From an uncultured Candidatus Saccharibacteria bacterium (GTDB taxonomy: Bacteria; Patescibacteriota; Saccharimonadia; Saccharimonadales; CAZLKQ01), in the NCBI GenBank assembly GCA_964560175.1, contig CAZLKQ010000001.1, positions 1 to 48,749 of the forward strand: 48,749 nucleotides of DNA. The letters run 5' to 3'. The notes below the pieces were generated by a model that had not been told where the DNA came from, searched no databases, and saw only the letters and a list, made by a program, of their open reading frames with translations. Below, piece after piece: positions 46,074-48,749 of the stretch (within the stretch, counting starts at the first letter, position 1; the number at the start of each line of letters is the position of its first letter). The position numbers and the translations under genes are program-made.

Positions 46074-46092
46074 GCCACCACTGGGGGCGAGC

Positions 46093-46518
46093 ATGTTGAT
46101 GCCTAAAAAAACCAAATTTAGAAAAGTCCGCAAAGGCAAAATAAGAGGCCCAGCGCGCAGCGGCTATTCAGTCAGCTTCGGCCGTTTTGGCTTGCAGAGT
46201 TTGGAAGCTGAGCGTATCAACTCCCGCCAAATCGAAGCCGCCCGTCGAGCTATGACTCGCTACGTCAAGCGCGGTGGCAAGATCTGGATTCGTATCTTTC
46301 CGCACACTCCAGTTACCCGCAAGCCCCAGGACGTAAAAATGGGCAGCGGCAAAGGCAATCCGGAATTCTTCGTGGCTAAAGTCCATGTCGGAACAGTGAT
46401 TTTTGAGATGGACGGAGTGGCTGAGGATGTGGCCAAAGAGGCTATGCGCCTGGCCGGACACAAATTGCCCGTTAGGACCCGCTTTATCGCCAAACACGTC
46501 CAAGGAGAACAGGTATGA
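46093..46518 (+). CDS. rplP: 50S ribosomal protein L16
   Basis: [11 protein letters not shown]...; start trimmed from 46042, which lies in the repeat arm. Confidence 0.95.
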   Translation: MLMPKKTKFRKVRKGKIRGPARSGYSVSFGRFGLQSLEAERINSRQIEAARRAMTRYVKRGGKIWIRIFPHTPVTRKPQDVKMGSGKGNPEFFVAKVHVGTVIFEMDGVAEDVAKEAMRLAGHKLPVRTRFIAKHVQGEQV

Positions 46519-46712
46519 AAGCTTTAGAATTTAGAAAAAAGACCGAAGTCGAAGTGTCCAAACAGTTGAGCACTTTGAAAGCGAAAATCGCTGACCTGGT
46601 ACGTGATGCTTCGACAGCAGAGAAAAGAAATGTCCGGGAAATTAGAGCTATCCGAAAAGACATCGCTCGTGCCTTGACTGTTTTACACGAAAAGCAAAAG
46701 GAGGCCAAATAA
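46515..46712 (+). CDS. rpmC: 50S ribosomal protein L29
   Basis: 65 aa, helical, in the conserved position; ATGA overlap with rplP. Confidence 0.9.
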   Translation: MKALEFRKKTEVEVSKQLSTLKAKIADLVRDASTAEKRNVREIRAIRKDIARALTVLHEKQKEAK

Positions 46713-46822
46713 TGTTTGGCCAATTCTCAAGGGAAAAGAGCAGCCAGAGTTTGGATTCATTCCAAACCCTGCGCGTTGAGAAAAACCGCAAGTTTGTCTC
46801 AAAAGCCGGAGGCGTAAAATAA
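46712..46822 (+). CDS. 36-codon micro-ORF exactly filling the rpmC-rpsQ spacer
   Basis: [36 protein letters not shown]; TAATG overlap at both ends. Confidence 0.3.
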   Translation: MFGQFSREKSSQSLDSFQTLRVEKNRKFVSKAGGVK

Positions 46823-47094
46823 TGTCTCTGCGTGTAATCACCGGCATTGTGGTCTCGGACAGAACGCCAAAGACGATCATCGTTAAGGTCGATCGTACCA
46901 AGCGCCACCCGATTTATTCGAAAAACTATCTGTTGAGCAAAAAATTTACCGCCCACGATGAAGCTCGTGAAGCAAAAATTGGCGACAAAGTACAGATCAT
47001 CGAGTCGACGCCAATCAGTAAGACCAAACGCTGGCGGCTACAGGCAGTCGTTGAAAAAGCTAAAACTTTGGACAGCACTGAGGCGGTGTCATGA
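46822..47094 (+). CDS. rpsQ: 30S ribosomal protein S17
   Basis: GIVVSDRTPKTIIVKVDRTKRHPIYSK. Confidence 0.93.
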   Translation: MSLRVITGIVVSDRTPKTIIVKVDRTKRHPIYSKNYLLSKKFTAHDEAREAKIGDKVQIIESTPISKTKRWRLQAVVEKAKTLDSTEAVS

Positions 47095-47104
47095 CTTCAT
47101 CACT

Positions 47105-47214
47105 CCCATTCACCATTCACCATTATCCATTATCCATACATTATCCATTTACCATTAACCGTGAACGGACAACGGTAAACGCTTGGAAAGCGGAAAACGG
47201 TAAACGGATAATGG
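47105..47214. repeat. Palindromic heptamer-repeat element of the CCATT/AAYGG family
   Basis: cccattc accattc accatta tccatta tccatac ... ccattaaccgtgaacgg ... acaacgg taaacgc ... aaaacgg taaacgg ataatgg. Confidence 0.8.
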
Positions 47215-47233
47215 CGACCAGAGGGAGCTACCA

Positions 47234-47602
47234 ATGATACAGCAAGAATCCCGACTAAAAGTAACCGATAACAGCGGAGCCAAAGAGATCCTTTGTATCC
47301 GCGTGCTCGGCGGATCAGGCCGCCGCTACGCCCGTGTTGGTGATGTGATTACCGCCAGCGTAAAGGTCGCAACACCAAATGCGGCAATCAAGAAAAAAGC
47401 CGTAGTCCAAGCCGTGATAGTCCGAACCCGTGGCATTACCAAGCGCAAAGATGGTTCAACCATCCGTTTTGATGACAACGCGGCGGTTATCATCGGCGAA
47501 GACAAGCTGCCTAAAGCTACGCGGGTATTCGGGCCGGTACCCAGGGAGCTGCGCGATCGCGGCTATATGAAGATAATCTCACTTGCGCCGGAGGTCTTAT
47601 AA
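47234..47602 (+). CDS. rplN: 50S ribosomal protein L14
   Basis: [18 protein letters not shown]. Confidence 0.96.
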   Translation: MIQQESRLKVTDNSGAKEILCIRVLGGSGRRYARVGDVITASVKVATPNAAIKKKAVVQAVIVRTRGITKRKDGSTIRFDDNAAVIIGEDKLPKATRVFGPVPRELRDRGYMKIISLAPEVL

Positions 47603-47943
47603 TGGCGACCACCAAGATCTTCAGAATAAAACTGCGTGTTGGTGATGAAGTAATGGTGCGATCCGGTGCCCTCAGGGGTAAAACCGGCAAAGTTACCGCT
47701 ATCCATCCGCGTGCCAACAAAGTCACAGTCGAGGGAATCAATATATTTAAAAAACACCAGAAGCCCAACCAGCAGTATCCCAAAGGCGCCATTCTAGAAA
47801 AAACCCGGCCGATTGGTGTTTCCAAGGTCGGCATCGTCCGTCCAGGTGCAAAGAATTTGGCCAGCCGCATCGGTTACATGGTTAAAAAAGACGGCACTAA
47901 AACCCGCGTTTACCGCCAAGCATCCAACAAGGAGATCAAGTAA
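47602..47943 (+). CDS. rplX: 50S ribosomal protein L24
   Basis: KOW motif GDEVMVRSGALRGKTGKV; TAATG overlaps. Confidence 0.93.
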   Translation: MATTKIFRIKLRVGDEVMVRSGALRGKTGKVTAIHPRANKVTVEGINIFKKHQKPNQQYPKGAILEKTRPIGVSKVGIVRPGAKNLASRIGYMVKKDGTKTRVYRQASNKEIK

Positions 47944-48581
47944 TGGTTGCCTTGACTGAAAAGACTACCAACAAGCTGCCTAGATTAAAAGCTCTTTTTC
48001 TCGGCGAGATTCGCACGCGGTTGCAAAAGGACTTGGATCTCAAGAATCTTCACCAAGTTCCGAGACTGGATAAAGTTGTTATAAACGTCGGCATCGGCCG
48101 CAACAAAGAGGACAAGAAGTTCCAAGAAATGGTCTTAACTGCCCTAGCCCGTCTGACTGGACAACATCCAGTGGAGACTGTGGCAAAGAATTCGATTGCC
48201 GGCTTTAAGCTACGCGAAGGTCAAAAAATCGGCGCCAAAGTAACTCTGCGGGGTGATCGCATGTATGAATTTGTCGACCGGTTGATCAATATAGTTCTGC
48301 CAAGGGTTCGTGATTTTCGCGGTGTGGCCAACAAATCCTTTGACTCAACTGGCAATTACCATCTAGGGATACGTGAACAGTCAGTTTTTCCGGAGCTCGA
48401 CCAGGAAGACGTCAGTGTGCTGTTTGGCCTAGAGATTAGTTTTGTTATTAAAGGCGGCGATGCCGATAAATCCAAGGCTCTGTTGGTGGCTTTTGGATTG
48501 CCGTTCGAACGACCTCTCGGCCAAATTACTACCATTAACGAATCAAAAGAGATTAAACCAGTTAAAGGAACCGAGTTGTGA
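47943..48581 (+). CDS. rplE: 50S ribosomal protein L5
   Basis: VPRLDKVVINVGIG...; 212 aa with a C-terminal extension. Confidence 0.95.
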   Translation: MVALTEKTTNKLPRLKALFLGEIRTRLQKDLDLKNLHQVPRLDKVVINVGIGRNKEDKKFQEMVLTALARLTGQHPVETVAKNSIAGFKLREGQKIGAKVTLRGDRMYEFVDRLINIVLPRVRDFRGVANKSFDSTGNYHLGIREQSVFPELDQEDVSVLFGLEISFVIKGGDADKSKALLVAFGLPFERPLGQITTINESKEIKPVKGTEL

Positions 48582-48700
48582 AATTTTCAATTTTTAATTT
48601 TCAGTTTTCAATCAATTCACAGTTACTCAATTTTCAAACATTGGCTCATTCACTCATTGATAATTTAATGAAAATTGATAATTGTAAATTGGTAATTGAA
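48582..48700. repeat. Palindromic heptamer element: (AATTTTC)n left arm, (GNNAATT)n right arm
   Basis: aattttc aattttt aattttc agttttc ... gaaaatt gataatt gtaaatt ggtaatt. Confidence 0.8.
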
Positions 48701-48720
48701 GCGACTGAAGGGAGCGTCTG

Positions 48721-48749
48721 ATGGCCAAGAAATCAGCAATAGCAAGAGA
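48721..48749 (+). CDS. rpsN: 30S ribosomal protein S14, 5' fragment truncated by the window end
   Basis: MAKKSAIAR... after a GGGAG SD; expected position after rplE. Confidence 0.7.

Noticed and set aside
33348-46092. N-terminal extensions given by the ORF track: 33348, 33556, 32520, 39379, 41016, 44506, 46042 and 36559
   Set aside because: The extended regions overlap preceding ORFs or lie in repeat arms. Internal ATGs with SDs, or with conserved protein N-termini, were preferred: MPRKV for S7, MAEE for S10, [10 protein letters not shown] for S19 and MLMPKK for L16.
1461-48700. Whether the tandem short repeats could be CRISPR arrays
   Set aside because: The units are 7-9 nt with no unique spacers, the arms are mutually complementary, and no cas genes are present. 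They are not CRISPR.
1-48749. Alternative genetic code (UGA recoded, as in some candidate phyla), and a classical mobile element (integrase, transposase, IS ends) explaining the insertions
   Set aside because: Conserved genes (rpsQ, rplV, rplE, rplW) terminate at TGA at normal lengths, so code 11 applies. No ORF shows integrase or transposase motifs, and no terminal inverted repeats flank the inserted blocks.

Overview
This is about 48.7 kb from a small-genome bacterium. Streamlined operons and many tiny orphan ORFs suggest a Patescibacteria/CPR-like lineage, but that is inference only. The genetic code is standard: TGA terminates conserved genes such as rpsQ, rplV and rplE at the expected lengths.

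Gene content, left to right:
- Left third: radA, tyrS, recG, rsmD, two inverted tRNA-Leu genes flanking an FAD-linked oxidase, and a VKOR-family gene.
- Next comes a compact UMP-synthesis cluster: prs, EamA-like, pyrE, pyrF, LOG-like, pyrD, pyrC, pyrB.
- Middle: a GNAT-like/AstE-like pair, hisS, tig and clpP.
- Right half: rpoB-rpoC, then the str-S10-spc ribosomal superoperon from rpsL to rplE plus the start of rpsN.

Two things stand out.
1. The normally contiguous translation operon is interrupted at almost every junction from rpsL to rplC, and again between rpmC and rpsQ. The interruptions are small, AT-richer, same-strand orphan ORFs. Many are translationally coupled to their neighbours. 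Several junctions carry duplicated copies of the neighbouring core gene's start or end. The clearest cases are three exact copies of the rpsJ start ATGGCTGAGGAA and a diverged copy of the fusA 3' end.
2. Spacers between co-oriented genes are built from an unusual family of palindromes. Each arm is a tandem array of 7-9 nt words (CCATTNN, TAAAGTTCN, GCAACTA, GTAGT, AATTTTC). Copies of these arrays also lie inside tyrS and form part of the C-terminal tail of L22.

No integrase, transposase, CRISPR array or known defence gene was recognised. All product calls come from motif recognition by eye; no database search was possible.
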